Source of the DNA: Ignavibacteriota bacterium | GTDB taxonomy: Bacteria > Bacteroidota > Ignavibacteria > Kapaibacteriales > UBA2268 | Direction of reading: 5' to 3' | NCBI GenBank assembly: GCA_024636855.1 | Contig: JAGXGG010000007.1 | Location: forward strand, 49,895-113,894 | DNA: 64,000 nucleotides | In this document: positions 56,021 through 64,000 of the stretch, piece after piece | Position numbering within the stretch: the first letter of the stretch is position 1 | Layout of the letters: the number at the start of each line of letters is the position of its first letter | Translations under genes and position numbers: made by a program | The notes under the pieces: model-generated | The model's input: the letters and a program-made list of their open reading frames with translations, nothing else | Told to the model about the DNA's origin: nothing | Database searches by the model: none

Positions 56021-58765
56021 TATTTTCTTAATTATAAATCTATCGGCAAATTCAATTTTGACTAGGTAAATTCCTTGATTCAAATTGTTCAAATCAAACC
56101 TATTATCTACTGTTTTCATAACCAACGAGCCATCTATTTTATAAACTTCTACTCCCTTATAATTAGCATTGTTAATTTCAAAGCTATTGTTGGTAGAGTT
56201 AAAATTGATTTCATTATCATAATCAATCTCAACGGAAGTTATATTGGATGCACATTCTTTTAGCGATTCAGTTAGAGCTGTTTTATCTTCACCACCAGCG
56301 ACACATAGGTAACATGTTTTCGTCTCATATGGTGCGAATTCTTTTGTGAATCGCATTCCGATTATGTTGAACATATCTGCAACAGTATCAGTTATATTTA
56401 CTTTACCTAATTTTAAAGAATTAGAATAGAAATTTGAATTTGTACTCGTCTGAGATGTATATCCACCTGCTTGAGCTATTGCATCATCTTCAAATGAGTA
56501 AAAAGCAGTACCGAATACTTGACTTGAATCTTTATGACCAGTGTAAATAGCAGAGAATTTTTCATAAGGAATATCCCCTGGTCTTGCCTCTTCTAAAAAT
56601 TCAGTGATATTTCTATCATATTGATATTCTACTCCCATATCCCAGTCGAACTCATAACCAAGTGAGTATTTGCTGCCTAGAGAAGCGCTATCCGTTACAT
56701 CAAGCTTAATTCTAACCCAATGTCCTGTCTTAGGAAGTTCAACCGTTTGTTCTATTAATGCCCTAGTCGGCTCGAACGGGTCACTTGTCATAATTGAACC
56801 AGTATAGCTTGGGTTATAGAATGGTTTGATAGATCTAAAACTACCTTCAGTGTTAGAAAGTGGAAATGATGCGATTACAATATTCTCATTTTCAACCAGA
56901 AATAACCCTGCAAAATGTAGAGCATCACCGTAGCTTTTATCTATGAAACCGACACCATCTCTTCTTCTTTTATCACCTTCTTTAGGTGCATATCCAAATG
57001 TACCTCTATCCGAAATCGAAAATTTAATATCTCGATTTTCGAATGTAGTAATATTGGGAATTGATTTGTAATCATATAGTATAAAGTCTTTGTAATCTTT
57101 ATCATCAGTAATATCTAATCTGAAATTTATATATTCATCAAATTCATTTGTAATAATGTACTTGAATCCAGTTATCGTTTTTGTTTCATTAGTTTTTAAA
57201 TTCAAATTAGTGAATGTAGAATCTGTAAATGTCAATGGTTTGAAAGACTCAGGGTAAGCTATTGAAAGATTCAAGTTCAGATTTTTTGCTTCACCTAATA
57301 CATTCTTTAGTACTAACTCCACATTCACAGTATCACCAAGGAAAAATCTCTCTTGCTCAGCACCAGTTCTATCTTTTAGAATAACTTTATCTATCATAAT
57401 CCCAGGTATTGACATAGGGTCAGTCGTTACCATTTTCAGCATATTCAATCTGCCGGGAGTTAAGTCCTTGTAAAACGTTCTTTTTTCACTAATATCATCT
57501 GTAGATTGTCTAACAAATTCTAGTACTTGGGTCGCATTTAGCTCTGGGTGTTGGCCTCTAGCAAGAGCTACAGCACCTGCAACTATTGGAGTTGAAAATG
57601 ATGTTGCAGCACCTGGTCTTTCATATTTATTATTTAACGTTGTAGTATAATTCCCACTTGCAGGTGCCATTATTCTTGTTTGAGGACCAAGCAAAGAAAC
57701 GGATAAAAAGCTATCAAATGGAGAAACAACCCCTACTCCTAGAACTCCCTTATAACCTGATGGATAGATCTTAGTTACTTGTTCATTGCCGTCTTGATTT
57801 CCACCAGCAGCAACTATTGCTACGTCATTAGCAACAGCATAAGTAACAATCATCTGCTCTAGTTCAGAATAAATACTCTCTCTTCCCCAACTACAGTTTA
57901 ATACTTTTATACCTGTTCTTGCAGCAAATATCATTGATTCATATCCGAATGCAGTACTTCCATTATCCAATTCCTCAGCACCAATCCTAATTGGGAATAT
58001 CTTAGAATATCCCCCGATACCAGCGACACCTATTCCGTTATTGAAATCAGCTCCAGCTATACCTGCTGCCCAAGTACCATGATCATCTTGTACATAAGTG
58101 TTTCCCCATAGCTGCCCATCTGTACCACCATCTAGATTGAAACCGTTATAGTCATCTATGAAGCCATTATTATCATCATCTATACTATTGTTGGGGATTT
58201 CATTTTTATTAAAAGCTATATTTTCTCTTAGGTCAGGATGAAATTGATCTATTCCATTGTCGCTTATGCCAATTACTATATTCGAATCACCCGAGTATAT
58301 TTCCCAAGCATCATAGGCTTTTATTAGTGCTAAGGCGTCTTCTTGTTCAGCTATATATTGGTCATTCGGAGTGAAACCTTGTATCTTTTGCAAACGGTAT
58401 GGTTCTGCAATATCAATTTCTTTGTGGCTTTTCATTAGATAATCACAGAATTTCTCTGGGCTTTGGACTCCTTCGTACTTGACTACATAAGTTCTAAGTA
58501 CTGGCTCTTCAGCTTTGATTATTTCATTGTATCTAGAGTTGTTAGAGGATTTATATTGGCTTGTGTTACCATATTTTAACGATGCTTCTAGAGGTAATAT
58601 ACGTCTAGCTATTTTTGCATTCGATTGCTCCAATATCTTGTTAATATCGACATCACTTTTGTGAAAATTATTAAATCTAACTAAAACAGTATTGCCTAGG
58701 TATTCAGTAGCGTTTGCACTGAAAGTAAATAAAGTTAATAATAGTAGTATGTTGAATGTTTTCAT
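56006..58765 (-). CDS. subtilisin-like (S8) serine peptidase with a T9SS C-terminal sorting domain
   Basis: Asp in GISDNGID, His in DDHGTWAAGIAG, Ser in GAATSFSTPIVAGAVALA. C-terminus VEVYKIDGSLV...GIYLVKIEF...KISIIR. Confidence 0.85.
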   Translation of the reverse strand: MKTFNILLLLTLFTFSANATEYLGNTVLVRFNNFHKSDVDINKILEQSNAKIARRILPLEASLKYGNTSQYKSSNNSRYNEIIKAEEPVLRTYVVKYEGVQSPEKFCDYLMKSHKEIDIAEPYRLQKIQGFTPNDQYIAEQEDALALIKAYDAWEIYSGDSNIVIGISDNGIDQFHPDLRENIAFNKNEIPNNSIDDDNNGFIDDYNGFNLDGGTDGQLWGNTYVQDDHGTWAAGIAGADFNNGIGVAGIGGYSKIFPIRIGAEELDNGSTAFGYESMIFAARTGIKVLNCSWGRESIYSELEQMIVTYAVANDVAIVAAGGNQDGNEQVTKIYPSGYKGVLGVGVVSPFDSFLSVSLLGPQTRIMAPASGNYTTTLNNKYERPGAATSFSTPIVAGAVALARGQHPELNATQVLEFVRQSTDDISEKRTFYKDLTPGRLNMLKMVTTDPMSIPGIMIDKVILKDRTGAEQERFFLGDTVNVELVLKNVLGEAKNLNLNLSIAYPESFKPLTFTDSTFTNLNLKTNETKTITGFKYIITNEFDEYINFRLDITDDKDYKDFILYDYKSIPNITTFENRDIKFSISDRGTFGYAPKEGDKRRRDGVGFIDKSYGDALHFAGLFLVENENIVIASFPLSNTEGSFRSIKPFYNPSYTGSIMTSDPFEPTRALIEQTVELPKTGHWVRIKLDVTDSASLGSKYSLGYEFDWDMGVEYQYDRNITEFLEEARPGDIPYEKFSAIYTGHKDSSQVFGTAFYSFEDDAIAQAGGYTSQTSTNSNFYSNSLKLGKVNITDTVADMFNIIGMRFTKEFAPYETKTCYLCVAGGEDKTALTESLKECASNITSVEIDYDNEINFNSTNNSFEINNANYKGVEVYKIDGSLVMKTVDNRFDLNNLNQGIYLVKIEFADRFIIKKISIIR

Positions 58766-58840
58766 TATAATTGATTTTTTGTTATTATTATATATTTAAT
58801 AGACAATATAAGCAATCAAAAAGTAACAAAAGAATGTAAT

Positions 58841-60496
58841 TTAATTAATAATAATCTTTCGGTAAACAATTTTATTATTCATATTTATCTTAATGAAATA
58901 GACACCACTACCAAAGTTGATAGTACTAATTGAATTAGTTTGTAATTCTGAATTAGTTTGTAATTCTGAATTAGTGGCATATATCTTAGCTCCGATAGAG
59001 TTGAATATCTCAACTTGGGATATTACTTCTTTGCTTTCCAATTCAATCCTATCTAAAAACTGATTAACTATCATATCTGTATTATCATAGAAATCAACTG
59101 AAGTCTGGTTTTGGTATAACTCACAAGTGAAATCAGAGCCTGACTCTAAATACCCTATTGGTATTAATTCTTTACCTGCTAATGCTGGATGATCTTTAGA
59201 AATTCTTTCAGCTCTGAATACTTGATTACTGTTGCTAGTTTCACCTTGGTTTAACAATAAACCATTAAATCCAGAAGGATTAACATATTGCCATACCTTT
59301 TCTTTATTCGGGTTTATCTCAGTAAATCTGCCAATCCAACCTTCACAAATCATAATATTGCCGTTTGGCAATCTCTGAGTACCAGACATATTCTTGCTAT
59401 AAAAATCAGTTTTGGGATTACCCATATAAGTCCAATAGATTTCAGATGGACCAAACTTGCCTTCACTTAGAATGTAATTATCATTATCATCCATATCTGG
59501 ATCTATCATATGGATAGCAGAATACTCTTGATCTTCGACGCTACCAATATTATTATTGAATACTAAAATTTTACCTCCATCAATTAAGCTGTCAGGTATC
59601 CAGTGAGGGTCGTGCTGTACAAATAACTTGATGTCTTCTTCTGTACCTTGTCCATAAGACATCGGATTACCCCAACGGAATAATATATCCCCACCATGAC
59701 CATACTTACCACCTTCATCAGTTTTTGCTTCTGCTGTTGTAGTTGAGTGATCAATGATAAATATTTCACCAAAATTGTGATTACTCAACATTATTTGGTC
59801 CAATCTAGGATTATAATCAACTGAGTTAAAATGCAACCAATCTTTGTTGTTGAATCCTCTTGTACTATAATTTAGATTGATTTTTCTTGGATTAGTTACA
59901 TCTCCGTAGTTATCTAATTCTTCTGAATGATCTTGAACATAATGATCCCATGTATCCCATTCCCATACTATTTCACCACCACCATTCACCAAATTAGGTT
60001 TTATTTCTATTAATTTTTCGGACCATAATTCATTAGGTGAAATTATTCTTCCAGATTGCTCAGCTTCTTCTTTCGTGTGAGTAACCCATATTAGTGCTAA
60101 TATATTTCCATTAGGGAGTGGCTCTATATCGTGATGCTGGCATAGGGTAGAATCTGAAATAAAGTATTCCCAAATCAGATTACTATCCCAATCTAACATT
60201 TGTACAAGTCCTCCGTTCCCGCCAACATTGAATTTTGAATTATAAGATTTAGCAGTTTTAAGTAAAACACCATTGTCAAGCAAATAAACTGTGTTGCCTG
60301 GGTTAGTATTAGCAGCCCAAGAGTGAACTCTCTCACCACAATTATCTATTAGATAAACTGTATCACTAGCTGAAGGTGCAAATAAAGTATATCCATCATA
60401 AGATTGAGGAGTATTAAAAAATAGACCAATAGTCTGCTCAGAGTATAAATGTATACTCATAAATAATGCTAGTAAACTCAATATTATTTTTTTCAT
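58841..60496 (-). CDS. arylsulfotransferase (ASST)-like beta-propeller protein with a T9SS C-terminal sorting domain
   Basis: QHHDIEPLPNGNILAL, FGEIFIIDH and RLPNGNIMICEG resemble the ASST family. C-terminus VEIFNSIGAKIY...GVYFIKINM...RKIIIN. Confidence 0.55.
   Translation of the reverse strand: MKKIILSLLALFMSIHLYSEQTIGLFFNTPQSYDGYTLFAPSASDTVYLIDNCGERVHSWAANTNPGNTVYLLDNGVLLKTAKSYNSKFNVGGNGGLVQMLDWDSNLIWEYFISDSTLCQHHDIEPLPNGNILALIWVTHTKEEAEQSGRIISPNELWSEKLIEIKPNLVNGGGEIVWEWDTWDHYVQDHSEELDNYGDVTNPRKINLNYSTRGFNNKDWLHFNSVDYNPRLDQIMLSNHNFGEIFIIDHSTTTAEAKTDEGGKYGHGGDILFRWGNPMSYGQGTEEDIKLFVQHDPHWIPDSLIDGGKILVFNNNIGSVEDQEYSAIHMIDPDMDDNDNYILSEGKFGPSEIYWTYMGNPKTDFYSKNMSGTQRLPNGNIMICEGWIGRFTEINPNKEKVWQYVNPSGFNGLLLNQGETSNSNQVFRAERISKDHPALAGKELIPIGYLESGSDFTCELYQNQTSVDFYDNTDMIVNQFLDRIELESKEVISQVEIFNSIGAKIYATNSELQTNSELQTNSISTINFGSGVYFIKINMNNKIVYRKIIIN
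58932..58975. repeat. 18-nt perfect tandem repeat x2.4 inside the ASST-like gene
   Basis: GAATTAGTTTGTAATTCT repeated; it encodes NSELQT-NSELQT-NS within the C-terminal sorting domain. Confidence 0.85.
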
Positions 60497-60729
60497 ATAA
60501 AACTTAAATTTTATTATTCAAAAGACATTGTATCTTTAATTAAATACTATGTGTATAGTGCTATTAATGCTTTTCATGGTTCAAACATTAATAAAATAGA
60601 GATGTAAATCTCATATATTCAATAAACAATTAAATTGAATAGAAGTAACAAAAAGATTAAAATTAATTTATTAATAATGAAATCATAGAATTATACTATT
60701 GGAGTACACTTTAATGATTCAAATTAAAG

Positions 60730-62853
60730 CTAATTGCACACCAAAGTACATTTTATTTTTCCAGATTTACTTTTACCCCAAATCTGCTTTTTAACAAACC
60801 CATGTCCCTCTATCTGTACTGCTATTCCATTTGATTGAAGTACAGATATTGCCCTTCTCATAGAAAATCCCAAAACATCATGCTTTATGTCAGTATCTAG
60901 AGTGTTTGTATCTATTTTGGCGAGTGGAAATCCAGTAGTTAGTACTAATTCTTCGTTTCCTTTAACTAATTGACCTGGTTGGGGGTACTGATTATAAACA
61001 AATTTCCCTTCTTCTATTTCTTCGTGATCGAAATTATACTTCAATAAAACTCTATTAGCCTCTGTAGCTTTCATTCCAACTATGTTCGGCATCATAATAC
61101 TATCATTTTCAGTTTTGAGTGTATTCTTGATATCATCATAACCTTTGGAAAGCATCCATCGTGAAGCGATATTCTTGAAAATAGGTGCTGAGTTGAATCC
61201 ACCGTAAATACTTCGACGAGGATTTTCTACTATTACTATCATTGCAATTTGTGGATTATCAGCAGGGAAAAAACCAGCAAATGAAGCATTATAGTCACTT
61301 TTGGAATATCTTCCATTTGTTATTTTTTGTGATGTACCAGTTTTACCTGCTATTTTCATCCTTTCTATTTGGGCTCTTTTACCAGAGCCACTATCCACAA
61401 CACCTACTAATAAATCAGTAACTCTAAAAGCAGTCTCTTTTGAAATAACTTGTCTTACTTTTTCTGGTTTGTTTTGTTTTATTATTTCGCCGGCTGCTGT
61501 GCTTATTTCTTTTATAATGTATGGACGCATCAGATTACCACCATTTGCCAACGCGGCATAAGCATTCACAACTTGCAGTGGTGTAGAATTTAACCCGTAG
61601 CCATGTCCTAAGTATCTTTTCGTATTCGCATGGAATTGCTTTGGTTTAGGCACATATCCCGAAACTTCCCCTGGTAGATCAACATCAGTAGGTAAACCAA
61701 AACCAAAATCTCTTATATACTTGTATAGTACTTCATTTGATAATCTATTTGCAACTTCGCCCATAATAATATTAGAAGAATTATGCATAGCTTCTCGGAA
61801 AGTAACCTTACCCATACCATGTACGTCAGCTATTCTTGCGCCACCTTGATAAACAGCCACACCATTGTGTCCATTAAGTACTTCATCTTCGGATACAATA
61901 CCTTCTTCTATTCCCATAGCAGCAGTTACCATCTTGAAAGTAGAACCAGGTTCTAGTACATCAGTTATACCTCTGAGTCTCATACCTTCGTTAGAGTGTT
62001 CATCTATGTGATAAGGGTCAAACATTGGATATGAGGCTATCGCTAAGATCTCACCAGTTTGAGGACTAATAGCTATTACAGTGCCTGCTTCGGCTAGTAA
62101 TCGCTCCATACCTGTACGTAATTCATACTCTACAATTCTTTGTAATTCTATGTCAATTGTTAGCTGTATACTATTGCCATGGACTGGCTCTACTACGGGC
62201 AAATCAGGAGAAGGTCGTAATCTTCGTAATCCATCACGATACATTTGCATAAATCCACTTCTACCATGCAGTACAGAGTCGTATTGCATTTCCAGACCAC
62301 TAATTCCCTTATTGTCTATATTTGTGAAGCCGATAATCTGTGATCCAGTTGCTCGGTATGGGAAATTTCTTTTAGGCTCTTCTATTTTTAAGAGTCCTTT
62401 CTCACTTAGTGGTAATGTATTTGTTAGTAAATCAGGTGAAACACCTCTTTCCAACCAAACGAAAGATCCTTTAGCTCTATTGATTTTTGATTTATATTTA
62501 GAAGCAGGTTTCCCTAAGTCTCTCGAAAGTGCGTCACATAGTTTGTTTACATTTACAAGTAGAGTGGGATCTACAGCTATTGATATTGTTTTAAATGTAG
62601 TAGCGACTAGATTACCGTTCCTATCATATATGTTGCCTCTATCGGCGCGCAAATCTATTTTAGATTCATGTTGTCTTTTGGCAATCGCTGTATATTTCTC
62701 ATTATCTAATATTTGAACCGAAAACAGTCTTACAACTACCAACACAAAGCCAAATAAAATAAAGCCCATCAACGACCAAAATTTCCAAAATTTGCCTTTT
62801 GGTCCTTTGTAATCTTCGTTCTCTTCCCAATATGTATTAATCTTTGACTTCAT
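60730..62853 (-). CDS. ftsI: class B penicillin-binding protein (FtsI/PBP3-like transpeptidase) with two C-terminal PASTA-like domains
   Basis: N-terminal TM. Motifs STFK (EPGSTFKM), SSN (HNSSNI) and KTGT (AGKTGTSQ). PASTA-like segments PNIVGMKATEANRVL...YPQPGQLV and VLGFSMRRAISVLQSNGIAVQIEGHGFVKKQ. Confidence 0.85.
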   Translation of the reverse strand: MKSKINTYWEENEDYKGPKGKFWKFWSLMGFILFGFVLVVVRLFSVQILDNEKYTAIAKRQHESKIDLRADRGNIYDRNGNLVATTFKTISIAVDPTLLVNVNKLCDALSRDLGKPASKYKSKINRAKGSFVWLERGVSPDLLTNTLPLSEKGLLKIEEPKRNFPYRATGSQIIGFTNIDNKGISGLEMQYDSVLHGRSGFMQMYRDGLRRLRPSPDLPVVEPVHGNSIQLTIDIELQRIVEYELRTGMERLLAEAGTVIAISPQTGEILAIASYPMFDPYHIDEHSNEGMRLRGITDVLEPGSTFKMVTAAMGIEEGIVSEDEVLNGHNGVAVYQGGARIADVHGMGKVTFREAMHNSSNIIMGEVANRLSNEVLYKYIRDFGFGLPTDVDLPGEVSGYVPKPKQFHANTKRYLGHGYGLNSTPLQVVNAYAALANGGNLMRPYIIKEISTAAGEIIKQNKPEKVRQVISKETAFRVTDLLVGVVDSGSGKRAQIERMKIAGKTGTSQKITNGRYSKSDYNASFAGFFPADNPQIAMIVIVENPRRSIYGGFNSAPIFKNIASRWMLSKGYDDIKNTLKTENDSIMMPNIVGMKATEANRVLLKYNFDHEEIEEGKFVYNQYPQPGQLVKGNEELVLTTGFPLAKIDTNTLDTDIKHDVLGFSMRRAISVLQSNGIAVQIEGHGFVKKQIWGKSKSGKIKCTLVCN

Positions 62854-63184
62854 ATTCCTCTATGAACAATGGCGCTTCATTTGACAGTGTCATGTTCAAT
62901 TTTTCTGTTGCTATTTGTATTATTCTTTCTGGAGATTGTAATCTTTTTACTCGACTATCAGCCATTTTTCGTTTATTTTCCAAATCATCTATTTTTCGTT
63001 CGAGACTACGAATTTCACTTAGTAGTTGGGTAGTATCATTCACATTCCCTACATAGAGGACGCCTGCGGTAGCAATTATAATTAGGTATAGTACTATAAC
63101 CCAACGGTTTAGATTGAGCCAACTCCTAAAGAAATTGCTGATTTGTGATTTGTTGTTCTTGATATTTATGCCGTTTTTATCCAC
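62837..63184 (-). CDS. ftsL: cell division protein FtsL-like (single TM + coiled coil)
   Basis: 115 aa with TM segment WVIVLYLIIIATAGVLYV followed by a heptad-like region. 17-nt overlap with ftsI. Confidence 0.6.
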   Translation of the reverse strand: MDKNGINIKNNKSQISNFFRSWLNLNRWVIVLYLIIIATAGVLYVGNVNDTTQLLSEIRSLERKIDDLENKRKMADSRVKRLQSPERIIQIATEKLNMTLSNEAPLFIEEYEVKD

Positions 63185-63430
63185 TTATTTATGCTTCTCC
63201 CCCCGAAGAAGATATTTATAATTGCAAAATATCAAATCAATTAGAACAAAAAAAATACTTTTTATTTTTGAAATAAGAAAAAAAGTTATAACTTGCCTTT
63301 GAACGAACACACCGAGTATCCTATTTATTCAAAATAATAGACTTATTTTTCTACAAATCTCGCAGAAGTTCAATTCAAACTAAAAAATTCAACAAATGAA
63401 TATTATAAATTATTTCTATACAAAGAAGTT

Positions 63431-64000
63431 ATGAAACAACGAGACAATAGAAGACCGAAGAGAAAATTCTCTTCCGGCAGGGAAACAAATGGTTACAAGA
63501 GAACTAGCCATATAACTCCATCGCAAGCACCTCCACCAGTTCCTATTATTGATATAGATGAACTAAAAATAAAAAAAATCTCCGAGCTAAATGAAATATC
63601 AAAATCCCTAGGGATAACTGGTATTAGCGGACTCCGTAAGCAAGATCTTATCTTGAAAATAGTAGAAGAGCAACGTAGTAAACGTGAGCAATCTGCTAAT
63701 GATGATGGTCTATTAGCTAGTGGCGGGGTTTTAGAGGTATTACCTGATGGATATGGATTCCTTCGTTCTCAGAGTTATAATTATCTACCTTCACCAGATG
63801 ATATATACGTTTCACCATCGCAAATAAAAAGATTTGGAATGCAAACGGGTGACACTGTTACTGGTATGGTACGCCCTCCAAAAGAAGCTGAAAGATTCTA
63901 CGCATTACTAAAAGTAGAAACTATAAACTTCTCGGCACCAGAAACTATACGTGATAGGATCTTATTCGATAATCTAACACCACTTTACCCAGAAGAAAAG
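63431..64000 (+). CDS. rho: transcription termination factor Rho (N-terminal 190 codons; continues past the window)
   Basis: No stop from ATG 63431 to the window end. Motifs LRKQDLILKIVE, GVLEVLPDGYGFLR, YVSPSQIKRFGMQTGDTVTGMVRPPKEAERFYALLKVETIN. Preceded by a ~40-aa basic N-terminal extension. Confidence 0.9.
   Translation, partial: MKQRDNRRPKRKFSSGRETNGYKRTSHITPSQAPPPVPIIDIDELKIKKISELNEISKSLGITGISGLRKQDLILKIVEEQRSKREQSANDDGLLASGGVLEVLPDGYGFLRSQSYNYLPSPDDIYVSPSQIKRFGMQTGDTVTGMVRPPKEAERFYALLKVETINFSAPETIRDRILFDNLTPLYPEEK

Noticed and set aside
57590-57620. Unusual Ser motif (AATSFSTP instead of GTSMAxP) in the S8 peptidase, as a possible sign of inactivation.
   Set aside because: The catalytic Ser is present, and Asp (SDNGID) and His (DDHGTW) are intact. 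This variant is within normal S8 diversity.
62081-62716. 211-aa plus-strand ORF antisense to ftsI. Similar long antisense ORFs occur at 14983..15462 and 15371..15847 (antisense to the dehydrogenase), 6482..6832, 47153..47598, 44696..44990, 51240..51593, 53109..53732 and 42001..42255.
   Set aside because: All lie fully inside strongly supported genes on the other strand. They have low-complexity Ser/Leu/Ile-rich translations and no start context, so they are typical shadow ORFs.

Overview
This window looks like an ordinary chromosomal stretch from an AT-rich diderm bacterium (roughly one-third G+C by eye, not computed). Several proteins end in T9SS-type C-terminal sorting domains and most signal peptides are followed by Gln, which fits the FCB superphylum. 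Clear Shine-Dalgarno motifs (for example TAAGGAG at 34393-34399) argue against classical Bacteroidia; an Ignavibacteriota-like origin is only a guess. About 52 protein-coding genes can be supported. I recognised no rRNA, tRNA, CRISPR array, transposase or integrase. Motif-level housekeeping calls are: FbaB-type class I aldolase, MATE efflux, beta-propeller glutaminyl cyclase, 3-hydroxyacyl-CoA dehydrogenase, M17 leucyl aminopeptidase, crotonase, a UXS-like SDR, inorganic pyrophosphatase, YegP, 3-hydroxyanthranilate dioxygenase plus ACMS decarboxylase, MetK, a five-LysM MltD-like transglycosylase, an OmpR-type response regulator, an ECF sigma factor, FolP, a Lon-N domain protein, Pgi, an S8 peptidase, FtsL-FtsI and the 5' part of Rho. 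The remaining genes mostly encode envelope or secreted proteins: two vWA proteins, FG-GAP, Ig-like and PD40 proteins, lipoproteins and beta-barrels. The candidates I consider most worth following up are these. (1) An ECF sigma factor paired with an anti-sigma protein whose C-terminus looks like an 8-stranded outer-membrane barrel. (2) A tandem pair of an active and a triad-less S1 protease that share an unassigned C-terminal module. (3) A TPR / beta-barrel / Omp28-like CxxC / DUF2007 operon with an apparent 3' frameshift. (4) A vWA-OmpA lipoprotein next to a putAbiC-like membrane protein. (5) A glutaminyl cyclase encoded alongside pervasive Gln+1 signal peptides. (6) Families of GC-rich hairpin (REP-like) repeats that fill the larger intergenic regions. 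All family names come from motif recognition by eye. No database search or computation was run.
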